Source: Thermoproteota archaeon
GTDB lineage: Archaea; Korarchaeota; Korarchaeia; Korarchaeales; Korarchaeaceae
Direction: 5' to 3'
Length of the DNA: 64,000 bases
Assembly: GCA_026986575.1 (NCBI GenBank)
Contig: JALSOH010000006.1
Span: 320,001-384,000 of the forward strand
The first letter of the stretch is position 1; every line of letters starts with the position of its first letter. The notes beneath the pieces are model-generated. The model did no database searches, was not told the origin of the DNA, and was given only the letters and a program-made list of their open reading frames with translations. Made by a program: the position numbers and the translations under genes. Positions 1 through 9,725 of the stretch are shown piece after piece.

Positions 1-251
1 ACTACCTCCCCCTCGGCCAGCTCCAGTCCCTCGACCACGGCCGAGGAGAGCCCCATCTTCCCAGGCCTCACCTTGACCTTGATGGGATACTTGGAGGAGA
101 GCTCTCTTGCTAGGTCGGCCGTCCCGTCTGGGGAGTTATCGTCAACTATCACTATCTCATAATCCACACCGGCCAGTGCCCCATCTATTCGACTCACCAG
201 CTCCTCTAAGTTATCCCTCTCATTGTAGGTGGGGATGATTATGCTGATCAA
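1..251 (-). CDS. GT2 glycosyltransferase, polyprenol/dolichol-phosphate mannose synthase-like (5' part only, runs off window)
   Basis: Manual translation from TTG at 251: MISIIIPTYNERDNLEEL...EIVIVDDNSPDGTADLA...KMGLSSAVVEG, a typical DPM1-like N-terminus. Confidence 0.85.
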   Translation of the reverse strand, partial: MISIIIPTYNERDNLEELVSRIDGALAGVDYEIVIVDDNSPDGTADLARELSSKYPIKVKVRPGKMGLSSAVVEGLELAEGEV

Positions 252-301
252 GGCTGGTGCCTCCTTTGGGGTCAGGAAGGCCTGCGTAAAAAATTTCCTC
301 G

Positions 302-1339
302 TCAGAGAAGGTTCCAGTACTTGGATAATACGCTCTTAGCATCGTCTACGGCCAGTCTGGCTCTTCGAATAATGTAGTCGTCCTCATTCGGAGCCCTGCC
401 TTCGATCTCCTCTGGGTCGAAGTCTATATCTAGGGATGCAAATCCTCTAACTATAGCCAGCCACCCCCAGTTCCTCACATCCTCGTTGTAACCGCTTATG
501 AGAAGTTCCACCCTGTGATCAGCCGGAAGTGAGGACGCCCACCTCCCCAACCTCCAGAGCCCCCTCAAATCCAGTCCCAACTGTGTGAGGGGGTCCAGAA
601 AGTGTGGATCGCTTCCCCCATGGGCTATGAGTAGCTTGGGCGCGAAAGACTCAACGATGGGCTTCACCAGCTCCTCGAAAGCCATCTCATAGGAGGAGGG
701 TCCCGCCCCAGGAGGTAGGGGGATGTTGACCGTATATCCCTCTCCCCTTCCCCTCCCCACCTGTCTCGCGAACCCCACGCCCGGATATATTGTGGTCGGG
801 TCTTGGTGAATGCTCACGTAAAGGACCGTGTCGTCCTCGTAGAATATGTCCATGGTGCCGTTCCCGTGATGGGCATCGTGGTCGAATATCGCCACGGACT
901 CAACACCGTTCCTCCGGGCCCATTTGGCCGCAATAGCGATGTCATTCAGCAAGCAGAAGCCCCCACCATATCTGGCGCTGGCATGATGGGCACCGCCGAA
1001 TCCCGCAGCTCTTCTCTCCCTCAAAGCTAGCCTGACAGTGGACATGGAGGAGTGGACCATGCTGAGCGCAGCCTCCCACATCCCCTTGAATGCTGGCGTA
1101 TCTAGGGAGACCATACCATGCCCGGTCTGACTCCTGACCCTGAGGAAGTTCAGGTACTCGTCGTCGTGAACTGCCCTCAGGTCCTCGATGGTCGGTGGTT
1201 CGCCGATGTACCCCACCAGCTCGAAGGGCTCTCCTCTCTCTTGGAGGAACCTGATGAAGATGGGGAACCTGTCTCCTCTGAATGGATGACCCGGACCGAA
1301 GTCGTATGAGGATATGGAATCGTCGTAGACGAACTTCAT
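302..1339 (-). CDS. Histone deacetylase/AcuC family Zn-dependent deacetylase
   Basis: GHPF, GGAHHA, GGFCLLNDIA, DHDAHHGNGT, SIHQ, DPL motifs. Confidence 0.9.
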   Translation of the reverse strand: MKFVYDDSISSYDFGPGHPFRGDRFPIFIRFLQERGEPFELVGYIGEPPTIEDLRAVHDDEYLNFLRVRSQTGHGMVSLDTPAFKGMWEAALSMVHSSMSTVRLALRERRAAGFGGAHHASARYGGGFCLLNDIAIAAKWARRNGVESVAIFDHDAHHGNGTMDIFYEDDTVLYVSIHQDPTTIYPGVGFARQVGRGRGEGYTVNIPLPPGAGPSSYEMAFEELVKPIVESFAPKLLIAHGGSDPHFLDPLTQLGLDLRGLWRLGRWASSLPADHRVELLISGYNEDVRNWGWLAIVRGFASLDIDFDPEEIEGRAPNEDDYIIRRARLAVDDAKSVLSKYWNLL

Positions 1340-1442
1340 CTGGGAATGGACTTGGGTGAATCCCTTAACCTTAACTTACCTACCTATACTCCCTGTCCCA
1401 GTGCGGCGCGGAAGATATAAAGCGTCGCTACACTTACTCTGG

Positions 1443-2234
1443 ATGAAGGTAGCCAGCTGGAGGGAAATAGCTAAAGCGATGGACAGGGTAAATGTGGTGC
1501 TGGAGGTCGTCGACTCTAGGGATCCTTGGACGACCAGAAGCCGGAAACTCGAGGAGATGGCTAAGAAAAGGGGAAAGAATATCATCGTAGCGATAAACAA
1601 GTCAGACTTGGTTCCTAGGGAGATACTAGAACAGTGGGTGAGGATATTCGATGAGGAGGACTTGAAAGCAGCCTATGTTAGCGCGAGAGAGAGACTGGGC
1701 ACCATGAGGTTGAGGAGGTTCATCAAGAGGGAAGCCCCCGAGCTGCCAGCAAAGGTGCTCATAGCAGGCTTCCCGAAGGTGGGAAAGAGCTCAATAATAA
1801 ATGTCCTTAAGGGGAGGAGCTCCGCCTCAACCAGTCCTGTGCCTGGCAATCCCGGGTACACGCGCCACTTTCAGCTCTACAGGATAGACAGGAACCTGTA
1901 TATACTGGACTCCCCAGGTATCCTCCCAGTGGAGGGCGGTCCGCTTGAAATGGCCATAAGGGGGTATCCTCCCGAGGAACTGAAGAATCCCGTGGAAGTC
2001 GCCGTGTCCCTCTTGGAGAGAGCCCTCAGATCTAATCCCGGGATTGTGAAGAGGACCTATGGTATCGAGGAGACGGATCCCATCGAGATACTGGAGCAGT
2101 TAGCAGAGAAGAGAGGCTGGAGGTTCAAAGATGGGGAACCAAACGTGGAGGAGGCAGCTAGGCAAGTGATCAGGGATTATCATAGGTATAAGCTCATCTT
2201 CTACGTCACTCCCAAGGATCTAGGGCTCATCTAA
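1443..2234 (+). CDS. Circularly permuted ribosome-biogenesis GTPase (RbgA/YlqF family)
   Basis: DSRDP, NKSDL (G4), GFPKVGKSSIIN (G1), PGYT (G2), DSPG (G3) in permuted order; ATG 1443 chosen because a TATA-like GATATAAA lies ~25 nt upstream. Confidence 0.88.
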   Translation: MKVASWREIAKAMDRVNVVLEVVDSRDPWTTRSRKLEEMAKKRGKNIIVAINKSDLVPREILEQWVRIFDEEDLKAAYVSARERLGTMRLRRFIKREAPELPAKVLIAGFPKVGKSSIINVLKGRSSASTSPVPGNPGYTRHFQLYRIDRNLYILDSPGILPVEGGPLEMAIRGYPPEELKNPVEVAVSLLERALRSNPGIVKRTYGIEETDPIEILEQLAEKRGWRFKDGEPNVEEAARQVIRDYHRYKLIFYVTPKDLGLI

Positions 2235-2661
2235 GCCTGTAAAGGGGGTTCCATATCAGGTAGACCCTCCCCCATTCGATCTTTCCCAAGATCTCTAGAG
2301 CCTCTTTGAGGTCCTCACCTAGCAGGTAGAGGTGGGTCTCATCAGCCTTCCTGTCCGAGCAGCCGAATCCCCTAACGACTGGGACACCCACCTCCCCGAG
2401 GATTCTAGATAAGGACCCTTCCTTAGCGTCGGGCAATGCCAAGGCGCATGGAACGTCCATGACCTCTGTCAAGTAGTCCACATGCCACTTAAGGATCTTC
2501 CCTTTCCTGAAGTGCCTCCCTATCCTAGCTCCTAGGCCACCAGGTCCCGCTGCTGAGCCGACGTACGCGAGAACGCCAGCTGGAAACTCGAAGGCCCCCA
2601 ACCTTCCCACTTCAAGGATGGCGCCGGGAGAGATTATCAGGAGGATGTAAGCTCCCTTAAC
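2227..2661 (-). CDS. GIY-YIG nuclease family protein (DUF123/Uri-like)
   Basis: KGAYILLI...AYVGSA..PGGLGARIGRH...WHVDYL...GFGCSD...THL; the conserved N-terminus extends upstream of the ORF-track start (2610) to GTT at 2661. Confidence 0.8.
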   Translation of the reverse strand, partial: VKGAYILLIISPGAILEVGRLGAFEFPAGVLAYVGSAAGPGGLGARIGRHFRKGKILKWHVDYLTEVMDVPCALALPDAKEGSLSRILGEVGVPVVRGFGCSDRKADETHLYLLGEDLKEALEILGKIEWGRVYLIWNPLYRLR

Positions 2662-2666
2662 TCCCC

Positions 2667-3434
2667 TTAGCGGATCAGGTCCATCAAGCTCCTCAAAACG
2701 TACTTGGGTCGAGGTACCACCCCCTCGTACTCCTTCACCACCCCGGTGAGGACCAAAGCTGAATCCATTCCCGCCCTCAAGGCCCCTAGAATGTCTGTCT
2801 CCGGTCTGTCTCCGATCACTAGGGGATGGGACGCCCCTACGCTTCGGGAGGCGAGGAGGAACATGAGGGGATTCGGTTTACCCACTACAACATCCGGTTT
2901 CCTGCCACAAGCCCCGGAGATTGCTGAAACCATGGAGCCAGCTCCAGGAATCGGTCCATCTGATGTGGGAAGGGTGCGATCGTCGTTAGTAGCTAGGAAG
3001 AGCCTCCCTCTCAATATGTTCCTCAAGGCCCTCGTTAGCTTCTGGTAATTGAAGGACCTGTCCATTCCCACGCACACGTCACCATCATCCGAGATGTCCA
3101 CGCCCCTCTCCCTTAACTCCCCCTTTAAGCCCTCCTCCCCGACCACGTAACACCTCCCCACCCCTATCGAGGGGATTATGTCGGCAAGCGTGCTAGCGCT
3201 AGTTACCACGTGCCCTTCTCCAACCCATCCTAAGCCTGCATCCCTCAGAAGGGAGGCTATCACGCGTCTGTGACGGGTGGAGTTGTTGGTTACGAACCTG
3301 ATTTCAATCGTAGAGGAGAGCTCGTTGAGGGCCTCCACGGCGCCTCTTATTGGCTTTCCATCAAGCCAGACGACGCCGTCTATATCCACGAGCAGCAGAT
3401 CATATCTACCAACGTCCGGTCTTTGTCCTGACAT
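2667..3434 (-). CDS. HAD-IIA hydrolase (NagD-like)
   Basis: DIDGV, TNNS, GKPNP, GDRPETDILGA motifs. Confidence 0.9.
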   Translation of the reverse strand: MSGQRPDVGRYDLLLVDIDGVVWLDGKPIRGAVEALNELSSTIEIRFVTNNSTRHRRVIASLLRDAGLGWVGEGHVVTSASTLADIIPSIGVGRCYVVGEEGLKGELRERGVDISDDGDVCVGMDRSFNYQKLTRALRNILRGRLFLATNDDRTLPTSDGPIPGAGSMVSAISGACGRKPDVVVGKPNPLMFLLASRSVGASHPLVIGDRPETDILGALRAGMDSALVLTGVVKEYEGVVPRPKYVLRSLMDLIR

Positions 3435-3972
3435 CGAGAACACCCAGCTTCTCTAGGCACTTGTCACAGGGTCTCCAGTCCTTTCTGTCAACGTCCCATA
3501 CAGAGAGGCTGAAGTTCATGACGCAGCCCGGAGTGGGACAGTGGTCCAAGCCTAGGAGATGACCTAGCTCATGGGAGGCCTCCTTAAGAGTTCTCAGGAG
3601 GAAAAGGGCCCTGTTCTCCCTCTCACCGTAAAACTCCGGCTTGAGTCTGGGGAGGTAGATGGACCCGAACCTTCCCCCAAGCTCAGCCTGACCAAAGATG
3701 AAGTTGGTCCCTTTGGCGTACGCATCTTCATCCACTACAGCAAGTACTTTCTCATCCGATGCCCATCTGTCTATCTGCCACAGGTACTCTAGGAACTTCT
3801 CGCTCCTCAGCTGCTGGGTGTTGTGGTCGTACAACGTCGGGGGAATTTTAATCTCGGTGTAATCGATTTCCACATCAATTGGATAGGCCTGAGGCAGCTT
3901 CTCGGCGAGGAATTCCAGTATCCAATGGTATATGAAGCCAGCTGGAACAACCACGAGCTTCCCTAGCAGCAT
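3406..3972 (-). CDS. amzA: Archaemetzincin Zn metalloprotease
   Basis: HELGHLLGLDHC, CVMNFS, CDKC; NFIFGQA. Confidence 0.9.
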   Translation of the reverse strand: MLLGKLVVVPAGFIYHWILEFLAEKLPQAYPIDVEIDYTEIKIPPTLYDHNTQQLRSEKFLEYLWQIDRWASDEKVLAVVDEDAYAKGTNFIFGQAELGGRFGSIYLPRLKPEFYGERENRALFLLRTLKEASHELGHLLGLDHCPTPGCVMNFSLSVWDVDRKDWRPCDKCLEKLGVLDVRTKTGRW

Positions 3973-4008
3973 GCTTTACCTCCGCTACAGTGCCGCCAGA
4001 CTATATAA

Positions 4009-4302
4009 CTAGAGCATCTCCTGAACCACCTTCAGGAAGTAAGGATCGCTCTCGTGAACGACCCTCCTAACCTTTATCCTCCTCCCCTTCAAGGTTACCT
4101 CGTAATCGACCATGGCGTAAATTCCCCGAGGTGTGATCCAGCTTCCCTTGTGATACGACATGGGGGCCTTGATCTCCACGTGGTAGCCCTCCTCTGAATA
4201 GAACTGCTCTGGCCACCTCTGCTCGTCCCTTAGATGAACCAGTCTCAACCCGGGTTCCCACCTAACGTCGTTAACTCTTTTTACCTCTCTGACCTTGAAC
4301 AT
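4009..4302 (-). CDS. Hypothetical protein (97 aa)
   Basis: Fills the gap between co-directional genes with typical composition; no family recognised. Confidence 0.6.
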   Translation of the reverse strand: MFKVREVKRVNDVRWEPGLRLVHLRDEQRWPEQFYSEEGYHVEIKAPMSYHKGSWITPRGIYAMVDYEVTLKGRRIKVRRVVHESDPYFLKVVQEML

Positions 4303-4376
4303 CCACCCGACCCGGGTGGTCGTTCACCTAAACTCTTAAAATGGGGTGCTGATGCCTGTTATTTCTCCTTATTACC

Positions 4377-5033
4377 TCAGTAATAGAGGTCATAGCTGAT
4401 GGTGTAGGCGGGCCTGAACCTCCTGCCCAGACCCCATATCAATCCCACGACGAAGCCGCCAGCATGGGCCAGCACATCCACATTGGCTGAGAAACCACCG
4501 AAGATCACGAAGAGCGCTATGAATATGGTGGAGGAACTAAGCTTCCCAGTCACCCTATATTCCATGGCCACCATGTATCCTAAGAGGCCCATTATAGCTC
4601 CCGAGGCTCCCACTCCCACCGTGCGGGGATCGAGGAAGGCTGATAGGAGGTTCCCAACCACGCCCGAGATGAAGTACATGAGGAGGTACTTGACCTTACC
4701 TAAGGATAGCTCAACCACTTTACCTAGTATGTAAAGGGCGTACATGTTCAGCCCTAGATGGAGGATGTTGGCGTGGAGGAACATCGACGTGATGAGTGTG
4801 TAGTACCTACCGTGCATCAAGTAGAGGCCCGAACTGCCGAAGTAGAGGAGCACATATCTGTTCGCCTCGAGGAGTTCGGGAGATGTCATGGCGTAGAGCC
4901 CGAGATTGATCGAGATCAGGGCCGAGGTCACCTCAGGAATGCTGGAATACATTTTAAAGAGGATGAACGAGAAGAGGGTGACGCCAATGCCCAGAAGGAT
5001 CTCAGTCAGGAGTTCCATCATCTTTTCGATCAC
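4377..5033 (-). CDS. Rhomboid intramembrane serine protease
   Basis: SMFLHANILHL..NM, GASGA (catalytic Ser), AHAGG (catalytic His); multiple TM segments. Confidence 0.92.
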   Translation of the reverse strand: MIEKMMELLTEILLGIGVTLFSFILFKMYSSIPEVTSALISINLGLYAMTSPELLEANRYVLLYFGSSGLYLMHGRYYTLITSMFLHANILHLGLNMYALYILGKVVELSLGKVKYLLMYFISGVVGNLLSAFLDPRTVGVGASGAIMGLLGYMVAMEYRVTGKLSSSTIFIALFVIFGGFSANVDVLAHAGGFVVGLIWGLGRRFRPAYTISYDLYY

Positions 5034-6148
5034 CGTAGCATGTACTTCAGTGCCTCGGCGAGGGCCGACGCAGCTGATCCTATATTCAGGGAAGCTAATT
5101 TAAGAATTTTAGGTAAACGACTGATTTTGAGTGGTGCTGACTGCCTGTCCACGTGAAAGTCCTTTTCCACGAGGCCCTCCTCACGAACTAGGGTGAAGAG
5201 CGTGTCAATCTGTCGGTCATTCAGGTATTCCAGATACTTCCTCACGGCCCATCCCAAGGAGATCTCACGCCTATTGTGCTCCCACCACCTCGACTCGTAG
5301 CACCTCAGTGCCCTCTTCAAGTCGTCCAAGTCCTCGAGACAGCTGGCCAGATTCTTGGCTCCCCTAACAGCTAAGAGGACTCCCCCCCTACTAACAGGCT
5401 TTATTTGGCCGGCTGCATCTCCCACCAGCGCCACATTATCTACCCAGAATCTCTTTCTCGGACCTACCGGGATCACCCCTCCCTCGTACCCGATCGCCGG
5501 ATCTCCCGAAGTCTCTTGGATCCATGTGAGCAGAGGGTCCTCGACCCTTCCCAGTGCCCCCACTTTCCTCCCTCCCTTCCAAGGCTGGATCCAGCTGAAT
5601 CTGCTACCCTTCCTCACTTTCACATGGTAACCATCCATCTCCCCACCCTCCACTATCTTGTGAACCCCTACCTCAAACCCCATGGGTGGAAAGCCGAGCT
5701 CATCGGCAACAGAGGAGAGGGCCCCATCCGCCCCCACCAGCAGGTTGTACTCGATGACCATATCGCCTACAAGAGCCTCGTTCCTCGATCTTAGTCCCTT
5801 GAATCCTGCCGAGAGGAAACCCCTAGCTCCCTCTGAGAGCGCCGCCTCCCAAGTCTCCCTGTCCATCCGGGCTCTGTCGACGACCGTGGCTAGGTGCCTC
5901 CGCACCTCTATTTCATTACCTCCGGGGGATACGAAGGTCGCCCAGTTTACTTCCCCGATGACCCATTCCTCGGAGAATAGTATGAGCTCGCTTACGGCGT
6001 CTGGACCCAGTATACCTGAGCAGTGGTGCGGATGCCCTATAACTCTTCTTCTCTCAACCACGACAACGGAGAAGCCCTTTTTCGACAGTAGATATGCGAG
6101 TGTAGAGCCAGAGATGCCTCCTCCAACTATGAGCACCTCGGTACGCAT
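5030..6148 (-). CDS. Geranylgeranyl reductase family FAD oxidoreductase
   Basis: GGGISG, CSG, GADG, LVGDAAGQIKP..GGV motifs. Confidence 0.8.
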   Translation of the reverse strand: MRTEVLIVGGGISGSTLAYLLSKKGFSVVVVERRRVIGHPHHCSGILGPDAVSELILFSEEWVIGEVNWATFVSPGGNEIEVRRHLATVVDRARMDRETWEAALSEGARGFLSAGFKGLRSRNEALVGDMVIEYNLLVGADGALSSVADELGFPPMGFEVGVHKIVEGGEMDGYHVKVRKGSRFSWIQPWKGGRKVGALGRVEDPLLTWIQETSGDPAIGYEGGVIPVGPRKRFWVDNVALVGDAAGQIKPVSRGGVLLAVRGAKNLASCLEDLDDLKRALRCYESRWWEHNRREISLGWAVRKYLEYLNDRQIDTLFTLVREEGLVEKDFHVDRQSAPLKISRLPKILKLASLNIGSAASALAEALKYMLR

Positions 6149-6408
6149 CAGGAGACCTCTGGAAGCTCTATCCTCCCCTCAGAGATCAGTTTTCCCTCGA
6201 CTATGACGGCCGGGACCTTTCTTATACCTAGTTCCAGTATGTAACTCTGCCCCTCCGGCTCCAAGGCAGAGACCTCTCTGATCTTCAGGCCCCTGCGACG
6301 GGCCCACTCCTTCAGTTGGCGGGCAGCATCCAAGGAGGATTCACATATAGGTGACACCAGAACAATTATTTCCCTTTCTTCCTTTGCTCTATCAACTTCT
6401 TCCTCCAA
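6148..6408 (-). CDS. Small thioredoxin/glutaredoxin-fold protein (CxxS)
   Basis: SPICESS, GIRKVPAVIVEGK. Confidence 0.7.
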   Translation of the reverse strand: MEEEVDRAKEEREIIVLVSPICESSLDAARQLKEWARRRGLKIREVSALEPEGQSYILELGIRKVPAVIVEGKLISEGRIELPEVS

Positions 6409-7160
6409 TTCCTATCCCTCAGGACGTACTTGTATGGCTTCCCGTTGCCTACCCTCTCCACAAGCTCCTCCTTTTCCAAGTCCTTTATGTACCTCCTCAC
6501 GGTCACTTCGGCCAGCCCGAGCTCCGAAGCTATGGCTATGGTCCTCATGGGTTTGGCTGCCTTCTCGAGGACCTCGAGCACCCTATATCTCCCCGTAGCT
6601 CTAGGCATCATCACATTCTTGAGCGATTCGACCTCCTCCCTGCAGAGATCCTTCTCCGCCTTAGCCAGCGCAAGCTGGTACATGAGGGTAGCGAACAGGC
6701 CCAATGTTCTCTCGGCAACACCGTTACCGGCGGAGGGACCCAGCGCCTTGGGGGCCCACTTGAGATAATCGTTCAGCACCTTACTCATCGCATCTATCAG
6801 TGAGGAGAACATGGCCTCCATGGAGTCCCTGGCGGCCTGTGTGAGCAACCTCACCTCAGCTTCGTCCAACTCCCTAATATCCCCAGCCTTTATGAGAAAT
6901 TCGACGTCCTGCTGGAACTGATTGGCGAATCTATCCCTATTCATCCTGAAATGATCGGTCAATTTGTCGGTAAGGAGGCTGGGAATGTGATTCACCGCCT
7001 CCAAGCTCTTCTTAAAGGATGAGATGAGTTCGTAGAGGGGGCCCTCGTTTAGGGGGAACGTTTTGTTTAGTCGGTCCAAGTGATTGATGACTCTGGTCCT
7101 CATTTCCGGCGAGAGACTGTTTAAAAGATCCTTGAAGTCGTCTCGTAAATTCCCGGCCAA
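6366..7160 (-). CDS. Helical protein with C-terminal winged-HTH domain (putative regulator)
   Basis: C-terminal IASELGLAEVTVRRYIKDLEKEELVER HTH preceded by a helical/coiled region. Confidence 0.65.
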   Translation of the reverse strand: MAGNLRDDFKDLLNSLSPEMRTRVINHLDRLNKTFPLNEGPLYELISSFKKSLEAVNHIPSLLTDKLTDHFRMNRDRFANQFQQDVEFLIKAGDIRELDEAEVRLLTQAARDSMEAMFSSLIDAMSKVLNDYLKWAPKALGPSAGNGVAERTLGLFATLMYQLALAKAEKDLCREEVESLKNVMMPRATGRYRVLEVLEKAAKPMRTIAIASELGLAEVTVRRYIKDLEKEELVERVGNGKPYKYVLRDRNWRKKLIEQRKKGK

Positions 7161-7215
7161 TTTGGAATCCCCTCTATCGATGCTGGGGTTGAACTAAAAA
7201 CCTAATTTTCATACT

Positions 7216-8028
7216 TCACTCTACATTTAAAGGTCTCACTAAAAAATCCACACGTATTTTGTACACTCTAGGAGCATAGCTGGAGACAATGCGGTGACCT
7301 ACGGAGGTGGCCTCTAAACCTAGGGAAGTAGCCTCCTTCCTGAACATCTCTTCGGCCTCCGAGAGGGCCTCATCTCCCCCCCAGTAGTAAAAGTGAACGA
7401 CACCTCTCCCTCCCCTGAGCGCCCGGAGGGCGTGACCGATGAAGGCGTAAGCTCCCTTAGGCAGGGGCATGACCACCCTGTTGAATTTGCCGTACATGGC
7501 GGGCGTGACGTAAGCCACATCCCCCTCAACGGGGAAGACGAGGTGCCCTACCCTGTTGAGGATAACATTCTCTTGGAAGTACTTGACAGCTGTCGGGTTC
7601 AACTCGATCCCGACCACTTGGGCCCTCCTGCGCTTGGCGATGGCGATCGCGTAGGGGCCGGCTCCCGCAAACATCACCAGCACCAGCTCCCCATCCCTCA
7701 CGCTTTCCGCCACCAGCTGCCTCTCGGTCGATTCCCTGGGGGAGAAGTACACCCTACGGGGATCAAGCTTTATCCTGTATCCGTGTTCCTTGTGGATGAC
7801 CTCAGTCTCCTCGCTGCCGGCCAAGAGCTTCAGGGGCCTCACCCTGAACTCACCCTCTCTAGCCCCCGCTTTCAACAAAACGGACTTGACGTGGGGATGG
7901 CGACTCATCACCTCCTTAGCTGCCTCCTTCGGGTCCATGTCGTCGGGTACTTCTACGATGGCCACGGCTCCCGTTTCCCTAGAGCCTATGAGATCGTAAG
8001 GTATCCTAAGTCCCTTTTTCTTATCCAA
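7216..8028 (-). CDS. Trm5/TYW2-family tRNA methyltransferase, Trm5a (Taw21/Taw22)-like, lacking D1 domain
   Basis: YDLIG, HKEHG, VYFSPR..TER, MFAGAGPY, ELNP, VVMPLP motifs. Confidence 0.8.
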   Translation of the reverse strand: MDKKKGLRIPYDLIGSRETGAVAIVEVPDDMDPKEAAKEVMSRHPHVKSVLLKAGAREGEFRVRPLKLLAGSEETEVIHKEHGYRIKLDPRRVYFSPRESTERQLVAESVRDGELVLVMFAGAGPYAIAIAKRRRAQVVGIELNPTAVKYFQENVILNRVGHLVFPVEGDVAYVTPAMYGKFNRVVMPLPKGAYAFIGHALRALRGGRGVVHFYYWGGDEALSEAEEMFRKEATSLGLEATSVGHRIVSSYAPRVYKIRVDFLVRPLNVE

Positions 8029-8782
8029 GACCGTACACCTTCATGGCGTTTCCGGTTGTTATCTCTGCCAAATCCTCTACATCAACCCCCTTCATTTCGG
8101 CCACGAACTTTGCTGAGATCCTGATGTTCGCAGGTTCGTTCCTCTCCTTGGGGTTGGGAGCGAGCACAGGTGAGTCGGACTCCAGCACCATGTGATCCAC
8201 TGGAGTGGCCCTAGCCACCTTCTGAACGTTGTTGGATCTTACCACGTTGGTGGGGACACTGATAATCCATCCCCTCTCCACCGCAAACCTGACATCCTCC
8301 GGGGTCCCTCCAAACGCATGTAGGATGATCCTCTCAGCCCCTTCCTCATCTAACACTCTTAGAACGGGTCTTTGGGCCCACAGGCTGTGAATTACCAATG
8401 GTTTGTCCAGTTCTTTGGCGAGCCTTATGAAGAGCCTAAACACCTCCTTCTGCTTCTCTTTCGGGGGACCACCGGACCTTAGAATTCTGTAATCCAGTCC
8501 CACCTCTCCTACCGCAACTATCTCATTGGCGTGGGCCCTTATCAGGTCCATGGTAATCTCCACCTCCTCCTCGTCCCCGTACTCAGCGACATCTAATCCA
8601 ATAGACACCTTCACCAGCTGATGTCCCCTGAACAATCTTAGAGCCTTCTCCGCATCTTCTGGGTAAATGGGAGAGGTCACTATGCCCACTAGTCCAGCTT
8701 CTCTCGCCCTCTCAATCACTTCATCTCTATCCCCGTCGAAGGCCTCCTCCTCGAGGTGACAGTGGGCGTCAAATAACCTCAT
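8021..8782 (-). CDS. tatD: TatD family metal-dependent hydrolase/DNase
   Basis: DAHCH, GEVGLDY, IHS, LHAF, ESDSP, RNEP; ATG at 8782 overlaps the upstream stop. Confidence 0.9.
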   Translation of the reverse strand: MRLFDAHCHLEEEAFDGDRDEVIERAREAGLVGIVTSPIYPEDAEKALRLFRGHQLVKVSIGLDVAEYGDEEEVEITMDLIRAHANEIVAVGEVGLDYRILRSGGPPKEKQKEVFRLFIRLAKELDKPLVIHSLWAQRPVLRVLDEEGAERIILHAFGGTPEDVRFAVERGWIISVPTNVVRSNNVQKVARATPVDHMVLESDSPVLAPNPKERNEPANIRISAKFVAEMKGVDVEDLAEITTGNAMKVYGLG

Positions 8783-9666
8783 CACACTACCTCCCTCTCG
8801 AGCCTCTCCTTCAGCCTGCAGAAGGCGCAAACCCTGCCCGATGTCGGGTAACCGCACTTCTCGCACAAATTAATCTTGCGTGGTGGGGGTTCAGCCATCT
8901 TCGCAAGCTCCCTCAAACTGCTCACGAAATTGACTAGGGATGAGGGCCACTTCTTCCTGACCTGATTAAGTAGGGGTTTGATTTCGGCCTGCTTATCCCT
9001 TCCCTCGTAAGGACACTTGGTGACGCAGGTTGGAAGACCCTTCATCTTCACGTAGTTCAAGGCGTCGGAATCACTGACCCAGAAGAGGGGCTTTACCTTT
9101 CCAGCCATCTTGTACTCAGGCATAGGCTTGGTGACGGAATCGTACTGGTAGAAGAGGTAATCTAGGGAATGAGTGATGAGGTTGTTGAACCCGAAGTAGG
9201 CCATGTCATCCAAGTTATGGCCTGTAGCGACGTAATCGTACCCCCTCTCCACAGCGTACCTATTCAACAGGTACCTGTTGACCACCCCGCAGACGAAACA
9301 GGCGGCCCTAGGATCAGGAGGGACCTTTATCCCCCATTCTCTCAAATCTATGACAACCCCTTCCATCCTCAGCTCCTCGGTTAGAGATTTGAAGACCTCG
9401 AGGCAATCGGGGGCCAAGCCAGTGTACACTATCGCAGCCCCCAGCTTGAGCCGGTACTTGGGTGCGACTAGGCTGGATGCATGCAGGGCTGCCACGGAAT
9501 CCTTTCCGCCTGACACCCCGAACAGGAGGGAACTACCTTTCCCGACCCTCCTCAACACGCGGTCAACTCTTTTCAGGAAATACCTTTCGAAGTGCTCCTC
9601 GCAAACCCAATCACCTAAATTCTCCACGAATATGGTACCTTCACGCTGGCAGTAGTGGCATTTCAT
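8782..9666 (-). CDS. ttuA: tRNA 2-thiouridine synthase, TtuA/Ncs6 family
   Basis: N-terminal CxxC..CxxH Zn finger, SGGKDS PP-loop, CFVC, TGHNLDD, CPY, C-terminal CxxC..CxxC. Confidence 0.85.
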   Translation of the reverse strand: MKCHYCQREGTIFVENLGDWVCEEHFERYFLKRVDRVLRRVGKGSSLLFGVSGGKDSVAALHASSLVAPKYRLKLGAAIVYTGLAPDCLEVFKSLTEELRMEGVVIDLREWGIKVPPDPRAACFVCGVVNRYLLNRYAVERGYDYVATGHNLDDMAYFGFNNLITHSLDYLFYQYDSVTKPMPEYKMAGKVKPLFWVSDSDALNYVKMKGLPTCVTKCPYEGRDKQAEIKPLLNQVRKKWPSSLVNFVSSLRELAKMAEPPPRKINLCEKCGYPTSGRVCAFCRLKERLEREVV

Positions 9667-9725
9667 CGCTAACACCGGACAAACTATTTATATAACTTCC
9701 TCGATTTAAAGGGAGGAGGATCTGG

